Assembly (NCBI RefSeq): GCF_000006765.1
Contig: NC_002516.2
Source of the DNA: Pseudomonas aeruginosa PAO1
GTDB taxonomy: Bacteria; Pseudomonadota; Gammaproteobacteria; Pseudomonadales; Pseudomonadaceae
Length of the DNA: 64,000 nt
Strand: one strand, 5' to 3'
The translations under genes were made by a program, and so were the position numbers. The notes below the pieces were generated by a model. It did no database searches. It saw only the letters and a list, made by a program, of their open reading frames with translations, and was not told the origin of the DNA. Below, one piece after another: positions 9,979 to 18,436 of this stretch. Position 1 is the first letter of the stretch. Each line of letters starts with the position of its first letter.

Positions 9979-11118
9979 TCACTCCACCGCTTCCAGCAGG
10001 GTCGCCACGCCCTGGCCGCCGGCGATGCACTGGGTGGCGATGGCATAGCGCCCGCCGGTGCGCCGCAGCAACGCAGCGGCCTTGCCGGTGATCCGCGCGC
10101 CGGTGGCGCCCAGCGGATGACCGATGGCCAGGGCGCCGCCATCCAGGTTGATCCTGTCCATGTCCAGCCCCAGTTCGCGGATGCAGGCGATGGATTGGCT
10201 GGCGAAGGCTTCGTTGATCTCCACCAGGTCGATGTCGGCGATGCCCAGCCCGGCCCGTTGCAGAACCTTGCGCGTCGCCTGCACCGGCCCCATGCCCATG
10301 ATCTCCGGCGCACAACCGGCCACCGCCACCGCCTTGATCCGCGCCAGGATCACCAGCCCGTGGCGGCGCGCGAAGTCCTCGCTACAGACCAGCAGCGCGG
10401 CGCTGCCATCGGTGAGCGGCGACGAGGTGGCGGCGGTGACGCTGCCGCCGAACGCCGGCTTCAACTGGGCCAGGCTCTCCAGGTTGGTACCCGGGCGGAT
10501 GCAGCCATCCTCGGCGACCCGGCCGGCGGGGGTGTCGATGGCGACGATCTCCTCGCGCAGCAAGCCGGCCTCGCGCGCGGCGACTGCCTTGGCGTGGGAG
10601 CGTACGGCCATCTCTTCCTGCTCGACGCGGCTGACGGCGTAGCGCTCGGCGACATTCTCGGCGGTCTGCCCCATGCTCATGTATACCGCCGGATAGTCCT
10701 GCAGCAACGCGGGATTGGGCGACAGGTTGAAGCCGCCCATCGGCACCCGCGTCATCGACTCTACCCCGGCGGCGATGAAGGCTTCTCCGGCGCCCAGCAG
10801 GACTTGCCCGGCGGCGTAGTGGACGGCGCTCATGGACGAACCGCAGAAACGGTTGAGGGTCGCACCGCCGAGGCTCTGCGGGAAGCCGGCACGGAAACTG
10901 GCGATGCGCGCGATGTTCATGCCCTGTTCCGCCTCCGGATAGGCGCAGCCCATGACCACGTCCTCCAGCAGCGCAGGGTCGAGATCGAGTTTCTCCACCA
11001 GCCCCTTGAGCACCGCGGCGGCCAGGTCATCCGGGCGGATATCGACCAGCGCGCCTTTCCTGGCGAAGTGGAACGGCGAACGGGCGTAACCGGCGATAAC
11101 GACTGAAATCGGCGACAT
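9979..11118 (-). CDS. Acetyl-CoA acyltransferase (thiolase)
   Basis: NRFCGSS catalytic Cys, NEAFA, GHPLGATG, QCIAGGQG; GGAGA RBS; 379 aa. Confidence 0.93.
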   Translation of the reverse strand: MSPISVVIAGYARSPFHFARKGALVDIRPDDLAAAVLKGLVEKLDLDPALLEDVVMGCAYPEAEQGMNIARIASFRAGFPQSLGGATLNRFCGSSMSAVHYAAGQVLLGAGEAFIAAGVESMTRVPMGGFNLSPNPALLQDYPAVYMSMGQTAENVAERYAVSRVEQEEMAVRSHAKAVAAREAGLLREEIVAIDTPAGRVAEDGCIRPGTNLESLAQLKPAFGGSVTAATSSPLTDGSAALLVCSEDFARRHGLVILARIKAVAVAGCAPEIMGMGPVQATRKVLQRAGLGIADIDLVEINEAFASQSIACIRELGLDMDRINLDGGALAIGHPLGATGARITGKAAALLRRTGGRYAIATQCIAGGQGVATLLEAVE

Positions 11119-11239
11119 GAGGATATCTCCGTGAGATGGATTGGCTGGATCGCAGGAAGATATTACGCGCATAATATTTATTGAATTACAGTCGAAATAC
11201 AATTTGACCGAAAAAGCCGCAGGACTCGCCGAAACGCCC

Positions 11240-11884
11240 TCAGACTTCGTTCAATTCGCTGATATGCCGATACTCGGCCCCCAGTTCCCGGGCCAGGCGC
11301 TCGGCCTTGCCCAGGCGCAACGGGCCGCTTTCGAGGTCGACCAGCAGGCTCGGGCAGGCAGCCTCCGGCAGCGCCGGCCAGTCGCGCAGACGGCCGTCGG
11401 TAAGCACCAGCAGACGCTGATGCTCGGCGGGTTTCTGCCGCTGTCGGCGCGCCAGCCAGCCAGCGGCCTGGTGCAGGGCGTCGAGCAGCGGCGTACCGCC
11501 GCCGGCGCCCAGCTGGCGCAGCCAGTCCTGCAACTCCCGCGAGGCCTTCTGCCCCTGCCAGAGCCATTGCGCCTGCTGCCCGGTGGCATGCAGCACGGCC
11601 AGGCGGATGCGCTGCCGATAAGCCTCCTCGAACAGCGTCGCCAACACTCCCTTGGCCTGGGCCAGGGCGCCGTACCGGCGGGTGCTGGCGGAGGCATCGA
11701 CGATCACCAGCCAGAGTTCGCCCGGGCGCCGGCTGCGCGGCTGGCGAAGCAGGTCGCGGCGCTGTCGGGGACGTCCGCGCAGCAGGGTCGGCAACCATTG
11801 GATGGCGCCCTCCGCACCCTGGCTCAGGGCGCCGCCAAGTCCGCCGCGCAGGGCTCCGGGTCTGCTCCTGGCATCCGCACCCAT
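11240..11884 (-). CDS. vWA-domain chelatase subunit (ChlD/CobT-like C-terminal part), probably also made as a frameshift fusion
   Basis: MIDAS motif VIVDASAS, GAGGGTPL, VLTDGR. The frame stays open upstream past the slippery site at 11911-11917. Confidence 0.85.
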   Translation of the reverse strand: MGADARSRPGALRGGLGGALSQGAEGAIQWLPTLLRGRPRQRRDLLRQPRSRRPGELWLVIVDASASTRRYGALAQAKGVLATLFEEAYRQRIRLAVLHATGQQAQWLWQGQKASRELQDWLRQLGAGGGTPLLDALHQAAGWLARRQRQKPAEHQRLLVLTDGRLRDWPALPEAACPSLLVDLESGPLRLGKAERLARELGAEYRHISELNEV

Positions 11885-11917
11885 GACCGAGCGCGGGCGG
11901 ATGCTCAGGGCTTTTTT
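11871..11917 (-). other. Candidate -1 programmed ribosomal frameshift signal
   Basis: In-phase A_AAA_AAG (11917-11911), 6-nt spacer, GCATCCGC/GCGGATGC stem (11904-11871). Confidence 0.75.
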
Positions 11918-12921
11918 GGCCAGCGCGGCAGCTCGCGGGCGGTCCCCATGGCCACCGGCCGAGCCGGCAATTCGCCCCACTGCCCTTCGCCGTCGCCGGT
12001 GCGCTCCGGGAGCGCGACAGGGGCCGCCGCGGGCGGTGGCGGTGGATTGGCCGCCGATGGTGGCGGGTTCGACTGGCGACGGCGATGCAGCAGGGCGAAA
12101 TGTTCCACCGCATCGATGTCCTCCGCCTCGATCCGCTCGCCGCCGCGCCAGGCCGCATGGGCGCGCGCCGCGCGCAGCCAGACCAGGTCGGCGCGCAGGC
12201 CATCGACAGCCGCCTCGAAGCAGCGTCGAGCGATGCTGTCCAGCGCCGCATCGTCCAAGGGAATCCGCGCCAGCCGCCGGCGCGCCTCGGCGCAACGGCG
12301 GCGCAGGGTGTCCTGCTGGCCTTCCCAGCGTTCGACGAAGGCCTGCGGGTCGGCATCGAAGGCCAGCCGGCGACGGATGATCTCTGCCCGCTCGGCCGGC
12401 GGCGGCTGGGTGTCGAGACGCACGTTGAGGCCGAAACGGTCGAGCAGTTGCGGGCGCAGTTCGCCCTCTTCCGGGTTCATCGTGCCGATCAGCACGAAAC
12501 GCGCCGGATGCCGGTGGGAAATGCCATCGCGCTCGACCAGGTTGACGCCGCTGGCGGCGACGTCGAGCAACAAGTCCACCAGGTGGTCCGGCAGCAGGTT
12601 CACTTCGTCGACGTAGAGCACGCCGCCGTCGGCCTTGGCCAGCACGCCCGGGGAAAACCGCGCGCGACCTTCGCCGAGGGCGGCGTCCAGGTCGAGGCTG
12701 CCGACGATGCGCTCCTCGCTGGCGCCCAGCGGCAGGGTAACGAACTCGCCCGCCGGCAGCAGTTCGGCGACGCCCCGCGCCAGGGTCGACTTGGCCATTC
12801 CGCGCGGCCCCTCGATCAGTACCCCGCCGATCGCCGGATCGACCGCGGCCAGGCACAGCGCCAGCTTCAGTTCGTCGGCGGCGACCACGGCGGACAGGGG
12901 GTAATGCACGGTAGCGCTCAT
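11905..12921 (-). CDS. AAA+ chelatase ATPase subunit (ChlI/CobS-like)
   Basis: Walker [38 protein letters not shown], Pro-rich tail; 338 aa. Confidence 0.92.
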   Translation of the reverse strand: MSATVHYPLSAVVAADELKLALCLAAVDPAIGGVLIEGPRGMAKSTLARGVAELLPAGEFVTLPLGASEERIVGSLDLDAALGEGRARFSPGVLAKADGGVLYVDEVNLLPDHLVDLLLDVAASGVNLVERDGISHRHPARFVLIGTMNPEEGELRPQLLDRFGLNVRLDTQPPPAERAEIIRRRLAFDADPQAFVERWEGQQDTLRRRCAEARRRLARIPLDDAALDSIARRCFEAAVDGLRADLVWLRAARAHAAWRGGERIEAEDIDAVEHFALLHRRRQSNPPPSAANPPPPPAAAPVALPERTGDGEGQWGELPARPVAMGTARELPRWPKKP

Positions 12922-13061
12922 GGGGATTCCTGCGGCGGACGGACGGAAATACGGACCGCCAAGTCTATCAGGCCGGCGGCGCCGGTATCGAACCGTGAAA
13001 CAGTCGTTGAACCGGCCGCCTCGCTTGCAGTAAGCTCGGGACTCGTTCACGGGAGAAACCC

Positions 13062-13193
13062 ATGCCGCACACCCGCCATCCGCACCTGCATTCCAGTGCC
13101 TCGCGCCCTGGCTTGTCGTTGCGCGCGCGTGCGCCGCAGGCACCCCGTGCCGCGTATTTCTTCGGGTATTGGTTTAGCCACTCCGGCGCCTGA
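13062..13193 (+). CDS. Putative aromatic amino-acid leader peptide (43 aa)
   Basis: Translated by hand: [52 protein letters not shown] at 13051-13056. Confidence 0.72.
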   Translation: MPHTRHPHLHSSASRPGLSLRARAPQAPRAAYFFGYWFSHSGA

Positions 13194-13240
13194 TACCCCA
13201 ACGGCGCCCACGGTATACGGGACGCCTACCCTGCACACGC

Positions 13241-13279
13241 AAACCCCCGGTCGGCTCCCCGACCGGGGGTTTTGTTTTT
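13241..13279 (+). terminator. Attenuator-type intrinsic terminator upstream of DAHP synthase
   Basis: Perfect 14-bp stem AAACCCCCGGTCGG/CCGACCGGGGGTTT, 4-nt loop, followed by TGTTTTT. Confidence 0.85.
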
Positions 13280-13339
13280 CCGGCCCGTTTTTCCGGCCCA
13301 CAAGGCCACAACCACAGACCAACGCACAGGACATCGATC

Positions 13340-13444
13340 ATGACCGCATACCGCTACCGCACTGGCTACCCGCTCAACACCTGGCGATTTAGCGACGGCC
13401 GCCAGCCGCTCGCCAACCCACGACATTGCCGAACACCTCGATAG
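13340..13444 (+). CDS. Second putative leader peptide (34 aa)
   Basis: Translated by hand: MTAYRYRTGYPLNTWRFSDGRQPLANPRHCRTPR. CAGGA RBS upstream. Confidence 0.55.
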   Translation: MTAYRYRTGYPLNTWRFSDGRQPLANPRHCRTPR

Positions 13445-13491
13445 GGCACGACGCGCGCGGGACGCCCGCCGCCAGCCCAGGAAGCCAGACC

Positions 13492-14586
13492 ATGAACTCA
13501 TCCGTATCCGCACTGACCACCCTTTCGCCGAACGTCCAGGCCGTCGCCCTGCCCAGCGCCACCGCCCGTACCGCCCTGGAACGCCTGCCCAGCCCGCTCG
13601 AACTCAAGGCCCGCCAGCCGTTGCCGCTGGAGCTGGCCAGCCAGGTCGCCGCCAGCCGCGACGCCATCCGCGCCATCCTCGACGGCGACGACCCGCGCCT
13701 GCTGGTGGTAGTCGGTCCCTGTTCGATCCACGATCCCCGCTCCGCCCTCGAATACGCCGAACGCCTCGCCGCGCTGAGCGACGAACTCGACGGCCAGTTG
13801 CTCCTGGTGATGCGCGCCTACGTGGAAAAGCCACGCACCACGGTGGGCTGGAAGGGCCTCGCCTACGATCCGCACCTGGATGGCAGCGACGACATGGCCG
13901 CCGGCCTGGCGCTGTCCCGGCAACTGATGCTGGACATGCTGCGCCTCGGCCTGCCGCTGGCCACCGAACTCCTGCAACCGCTGGCCGCCGGCTACTTCGA
14001 CGACCTGCTGAGCTGGGCGGCGATCGGCGCGCGCACCAGCGAATCGCAGATCCACCGCGAGCTGGTCAGCGGCCTCGGCCTGCCGGTGGGCTTCAAGAAC
14101 GGCACCGACGGCGGCGTCGGCATCGCCTGCGACGCGATCCGTTCGGCGGCCCACGGCCACCGCCATTTCGGCCTCGACCCGCACGGTCACCCGGCGCTGA
14201 TCGAGACCCGCGGCAATCCGGACACCCATGTGGTGCTGCGCGGCGGCCGCCACGGTTCGAACTACGGCCCCGAGCAGGTGCAGGCCGTGCGCCAGGCCCT
14301 GGAAAGCCAGGGCATCGCCACGCGGATGATGGTCGATTGCAGTCACGCCAACAGCGGCAAGAACCCGCTGAACCAGCCCGGCGTCCTCGCCAGCGTGCTG
14401 GACCAGCGCCTGGCCGGTGCCAGCGACCTGGTCGGGGTAATGCTGGAAAGCCACCTGTTCGACGGTTGCCAGGCGCTCGGCGGCGAACTGCGCTACGGCG
14501 TCTCGATCACCGACGGCTGCCTCGGCTGGGAAGGCACCGAGCGGATTCTCCGCGACGCCGCCCGGCGGCTCGCCGAGCGGCGCTGA
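13492..14586 (+). CDS. 3-deoxy-7-phosphoheptulonate (DAHP) synthase, type I-alpha
   Basis: VVVGPCSIHD, MRAYVEKPRTTVGWKGL, AIGART, VGFKNGT, MVDCSHANS, SITDGC; AGGAAG RBS; 364 aa. Confidence 0.95.
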   Translation: MNSSVSALTTLSPNVQAVALPSATARTALERLPSPLELKARQPLPLELASQVAASRDAIRAILDGDDPRLLVVVGPCSIHDPRSALEYAERLAALSDELDGQLLLVMRAYVEKPRTTVGWKGLAYDPHLDGSDDMAAGLALSRQLMLDMLRLGLPLATELLQPLAAGYFDDLLSWAAIGARTSESQIHRELVSGLGLPVGFKNGTDGGVGIACDAIRSAAHGHRHFGLDPHGHPALIETRGNPDTHVVLRGGRHGSNYGPEQVQAVRQALESQGIATRMMVDCSHANSGKNPLNQPGVLASVLDQRLAGASDLVGVMLESHLFDGCQALGGELRYGVSITDGCLGWEGTERILRDAARRLAERR

Positions 14587-14614
14587 AAGCGGTGGGAGCG
14601 GCCATGCCGCTCCG

Positions 14615-17600
14615 CTATTCCTCTTCGACGTCCAGCAGCAGGTTCTCCAGGGCCTCGCGATAGGCCCCCGGCTCCTGCCAGAGCCCGCGCCGCTGCGCCT
14701 CCACCAGGCGCTCGGCCATGTCGCGCAAGGCTTGCGGATTGTGCTGGCGGACGAACTCGCGGGTCTCCGCGTCGAGCAGGTAGGCGTCGGCCAGCAGCGC
14801 GTACTGGTGGTCGTCGATCAGCTCGCTGGTGGCATCGAAGGCGCACAGGTAGTCCACCGTCGCCGCCAGTTCGAAGGCGCCCTTGTAGCCGTGGCGCTTC
14901 ATCCCGGCGATCCACTTCGGATTCACCGCCCGCGCCCGCACCACCCGGTTGAGTTCTTCCTTGAGCGTGCGGATGCGCGGGTTGTCCGGCTGGCTGTGGT
15001 CGCCGTGGTAACTGGCCACCGGCGCGCCGCGCAGGGTTTCCACCGCCGCCAGCATGCCGCCCTGGAACTGGTAGTAGTCGTTGGAATCGAGCAGGTCGTG
15101 CTCGCGGTTGTCCTGGTTGTGCAGCACCGCCTGCAGGCGTTCCAGGCGCTGGGCGAAGCGTTCCCGCGCCGGCGTGCCGTCGTCGGCGGCACCGTAGGCG
15201 TAGCCGCCCCAGTTCAGGTAGACCTCGGCAAGGTCGGCGCGGGTCTCCCACAGCCGCTCTTCGATTGCGCCCTGCACGCCGGCGCCGTAGGCACCCGGCT
15301 TGGCGCCGAAGATCCGCCAGCCGGCCTGCCGGCGCGCCTCCGCCGGCGCCGTGCCCTGCGCCTCGAGGCGCTGGCGCTCCAGGCGTACGCGAGCGGCCAG
15401 CGGGTTCAGCTCCTCCGCCTCGTCCAGCTCGGCGACCGCCTGCACCGCCGCATCGAACAGGCGGATCAGGTTGGCGAAGGCGTCGCGGAAGAACCCGGAG
15501 ACCCGCAGCGTCACGTCGACCCGCGGGCGGTCCAGCAGGGAGACCGGGAGGATCTCGAAATCGGCGACGCGCTGGCTGCCGGCCTGCCAGACCGGTCGCA
15601 CGCCGAGCAGGGCCAGGGCCTGGGCGATGTCGTCGCCGCCGGTGCGCATGGTCGCCGTGCCCCACACCGAGAGGCCGAGCTGGCGCAGGTGATCGCCATG
15701 TTCCTGCAGGTGACGCTCGAGCAGCAGGTTGGCCGACTGGAAGCCGATGCGCCAGGCGGTCGGGGTCGGCAGGTTGCGCACGTCCACCGAGAAGAAGTTG
15801 CGTCCGGTGGGCAGCACGTCGAGTCGCCCGCGACTCGGCGCGCCGCTCGGACCGGCCGGTACGAAGCGCCCTTCGAGGGCTGCCAGCAGCCCGTCGATCT
15901 CGGCCCCGCCACAGGCGTCCAGGGTCGGTGCCACCTGTTCGCACAAGCCGCGCAACACCTCGCCGCTGGCACGCCAGGTGGCAGGCGGCGATTCGCCGCC
16001 CAGGCAGCGTTCTATCCAGTGCAACGCCAGCAATTCCAGGCGTTCGCGGGTATCCCCGAGAGTACGCCAGGGCTCCCCGCCCCGCTCTTCCAGGCAGGCA
16101 GGCCGCGCGCCCTGCCAGGCCTCGCCCATGTCGCAGGCCAGCGGATCGAAGCCCAGGCCAAGGTCGTCCGCCAGGCTCTTCAGCAACCCGGCGTTGGCGC
16201 CCTTGCCATCGCCGCGCGGAACCCGCAGCAGCGCCAGCAGGGTATCCAGGCGCAATCGCCCGCTCGGCGACTCGCCGAACACATGCAGGCCGTCGCGGAT
16301 CTGCGACTCCTTCAGGTCGCAGAGATAGGCGTCCAGCTGCGGCAGCCAGCTGTCCGGATCGTCGCTGAGCTGCAAGCCGATCTCGCGGTCGAGACGGTTG
16401 TCGCGCAGGAGGACGAGAATCTCGCCGCGCAACTGTTCGGCGCGGCGCGGGTCGAGCAGCGAGGCATCGTAGAACTCGTCGGCCAGGCGCTCCAGGTCGC
16501 GCAGCGGGCCGTAGCTCTCGGCGCGGGTCAGCGGCGGCATCAGGTGGTCGATGATCACCGCCTGGGTGCGGCGCTTGGCCTGGGCGCCCTCCCCCGGATC
16601 GTTGACGATGAACGGATAGATGTTCGGCAGCGGACCGAGCAACGCGTCCGGCCAGCATTCGGCGGACAGGCCGACTCCCTTGCCCGGCAGCCATTCCAGG
16701 TTACCGTGCTTGCCGACGTGCAGCAGGGCATCGGCGCGGTAGGCGTGGCGCAGCCAGAAGTAGAACGCCAGGTAGCCGTGCGGCGGCACCAGGTCGGGAT
16801 CGTGGTAGACCGCCGCCGGATCGAGCTGATAGCCGCGCGCCGGCTGGATGCCGACGAAGGTCAGGCCATAGCGCAGGCCGGCGACCATCATCCGTCCGTC
16901 GCGGAACATCGGGTCCTGTTGCGGCTCGCCCCAGCGCGCCAGCACCGCCTGGCGATTGCGCTCCGGCAGGCGTGCGAAGCAGGCCAGGTAGTCGTCCAGC
17001 GCCAGGCTCTGGGCGCAGGGCCGTAGGTCGAGATGCTCCAGGTCGTTGCTGACGCCGCCGAGCAACTGGCGGATCAGCTCGGTTCCGCTGGCGGGCAGTC
17101 CGTCGACCGGATAGCCCTGCTGGCGCAGGGCACGAAGGATGTTCAGCGCCGCCGCCGGGGTGTCCAGGCCGACGCCATTGCCGATCCGGCCATCGCGGGT
17201 CGGGTAGTTGGCCAGCACCAGCGCCACCCGTTTTTCCGCGTTTGGCTTGCGCGCCAGCTCGGCCCAGCGCCGCGCCAGTTCGGCGACGAAATCCATGCGC
17301 TCGTCGTCGGCGAGATAGCAGACCACGTCGCTCTCGCTGCGTTCGCTGCGCCAGGCCAGGCCCTTGAAACTGATCGGCCGGGTGACGATGCGCCCGTCCA
17401 GCTCCGGCAGCGCCACGTGCATGGCCAGGTCACGCGGCCCCAGGCCTTGCGGGTTGTCCAGCCAGAGCGGGCGGTTGTCCAGCGAGCAGATCGCCTGCAA
17501 TACCGGCACGTCGCGACGGAACGGACGCAACTCGGGCGCCTCCGGATTGGACTGGGCGAAACCGGTGGTATTGACGATCAGCGCGGCGTCGCTGCGCTCC

Positions 17601-18361
17601 AGCCAGTCTTCCACCTGCGCCAGGCAGGCGCTTTCCTTGAGGCTGGCCAGCGCGATCGGCAACGGGTTGAGCCCCTGCGCCGCGAGGCGTTCGCAGAAGC
17701 GTGCGATGAAGGCGGTGTTGGCTGCCTGCAGGTGGGTGCGATAGAACAGCAACGCGACCACCGGACGCCCGGCCTGCCAGTCGGCACGCCAGTGTTCCAG
17801 GGTCGCCTCGGCATGCCGTGGATGGAACAGTGCCACCCGCGGCAGCGCCTGCGGTTCGCGCCAGGCGTAGTCGCGGCCGAGGCACTGGCTGGCCAGGCAG
17901 CGGTAGAACTGCCCGGCGTTCTCCAGGCCGCCCTGGCGCAAGTATTGCCAGAAGCGCTCGGCCTGCTCCGCCGGCAGGTTGCCAAGGGCGCTCAGCTCCG
18001 GGTCGGGGCGGTCGTCGCCGGGCACCGGGATCAGCAGCGCGCCGCGCTCGGCCAGCGCCACCAGTTGCTCCACGCCGTAGCGCCAGTAGCCGATGCCGCC
18101 GTGCAGCGAAAGCAGGATCACCCGCGCGTGCCGCAGCACTTCCTCGACGTAGAGGTCCACCGAGGCGTGGTTCTGCAACTGCATGGGGTTGGCCAGGCGC
18201 AGGCTCGGGTAGTCGTCCGGCAGCGCACGGGCGGCCTCGGCCAGCAATGCGAGGTGCGAATCGCCGCTGCAGAGGATCACCAGCTCGGCGGGAGTCTGGG
18301 CCAGGTGGGCGATGCCGTCGTCGGGAACGAAGCCGCCGGGTTGGGTGCGCAACAGGTGCAT
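14615..18361 (-). CDS. cobN: Cobaltochelatase subunit CobN
   Basis: HVGKHGNLEWLPGK, IDHLMPP, LPTGRNF, NPKWIAGMKRHGYKGA; 1248 aa. Confidence 0.96.
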   Translation of the reverse strand: MHLLRTQPGGFVPDDGIAHLAQTPAELVILCSGDSHLALLAEAARALPDDYPSLRLANPMQLQNHASVDLYVEEVLRHARVILLSLHGGIGYWRYGVEQLVALAERGALLIPVPGDDRPDPELSALGNLPAEQAERFWQYLRQGGLENAGQFYRCLASQCLGRDYAWREPQALPRVALFHPRHAEATLEHWRADWQAGRPVVALLFYRTHLQAANTAFIARFCERLAAQGLNPLPIALASLKESACLAQVEDWLERSDAALIVNTTGFAQSNPEAPELRPFRRDVPVLQAICSLDNRPLWLDNPQGLGPRDLAMHVALPELDGRIVTRPISFKGLAWRSERSESDVVCYLADDERMDFVAELARRWAELARKPNAEKRVALVLANYPTRDGRIGNGVGLDTPAAALNILRALRQQGYPVDGLPASGTELIRQLLGGVSNDLEHLDLRPCAQSLALDDYLACFARLPERNRQAVLARWGEPQQDPMFRDGRMMVAGLRYGLTFVGIQPARGYQLDPAAVYHDPDLVPPHGYLAFYFWLRHAYRADALLHVGKHGNLEWLPGKGVGLSAECWPDALLGPLPNIYPFIVNDPGEGAQAKRRTQAVIIDHLMPPLTRAESYGPLRDLERLADEFYDASLLDPRRAEQLRGEILVLLRDNRLDREIGLQLSDDPDSWLPQLDAYLCDLKESQIRDGLHVFGESPSGRLRLDTLLALLRVPRGDGKGANAGLLKSLADDLGLGFDPLACDMGEAWQGARPACLEERGGEPWRTLGDTRERLELLALHWIERCLGGESPPATWRASGEVLRGLCEQVAPTLDACGGAEIDGLLAALEGRFVPAGPSGAPSRGRLDVLPTGRNFFSVDVRNLPTPTAWRIGFQSANLLLERHLQEHGDHLRQLGLSVWGTATMRTGGDDIAQALALLGVRPVWQAGSQRVADFEILPVSLLDRPRVDVTLRVSGFFRDAFANLIRLFDAAVQAVAELDEAEELNPLAARVRLERQRLEAQGTAPAEARRQAGWRIFGAKPGAYGAGVQGAIEERLWETRADLAEVYLNWGGYAYGAADDGTPARERFAQRLERLQAVLHNQDNREHDLLDSNDYYQFQGGMLAAVETLRGAPVASYHGDHSQPDNPRIRTLKEELNRVVRARAVNPKWIAGMKRHGYKGAFELAATVDYLCAFDATSELIDDHQYALLADAYLLDAETREFVRQHNPQALRDMAERLVEAQRRGLWQEPGAYREALENLLLDVEEE

Positions 18362-18436
18362 GGACGTTCTACCGGTAGGACGCAAGAAGCTGGGGCCGGC
18401 GAATCGCCATCGCCGGCCCCGGCCGGGGATCACGGA

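Noticed and set aside
11885-12856. Treating the full 538-aa ORF 11240-12856 as a gene, or the chlI/vWA split as a sequencing error or pseudogene
   Set aside because: The upstream part is an off-frame shadow of the ATPase; the in-phase slippery heptamer plus hairpin argues for recoding rather than decay.
12922-13143. N-terminal extension of the chlI-like ORF to 13143, and DAHP start at 13426
   Set aside because: Homology-like sequence begins at MSATVHYP (12921) and MNSS (13492, with an SD); the extensions overlap the leader region.
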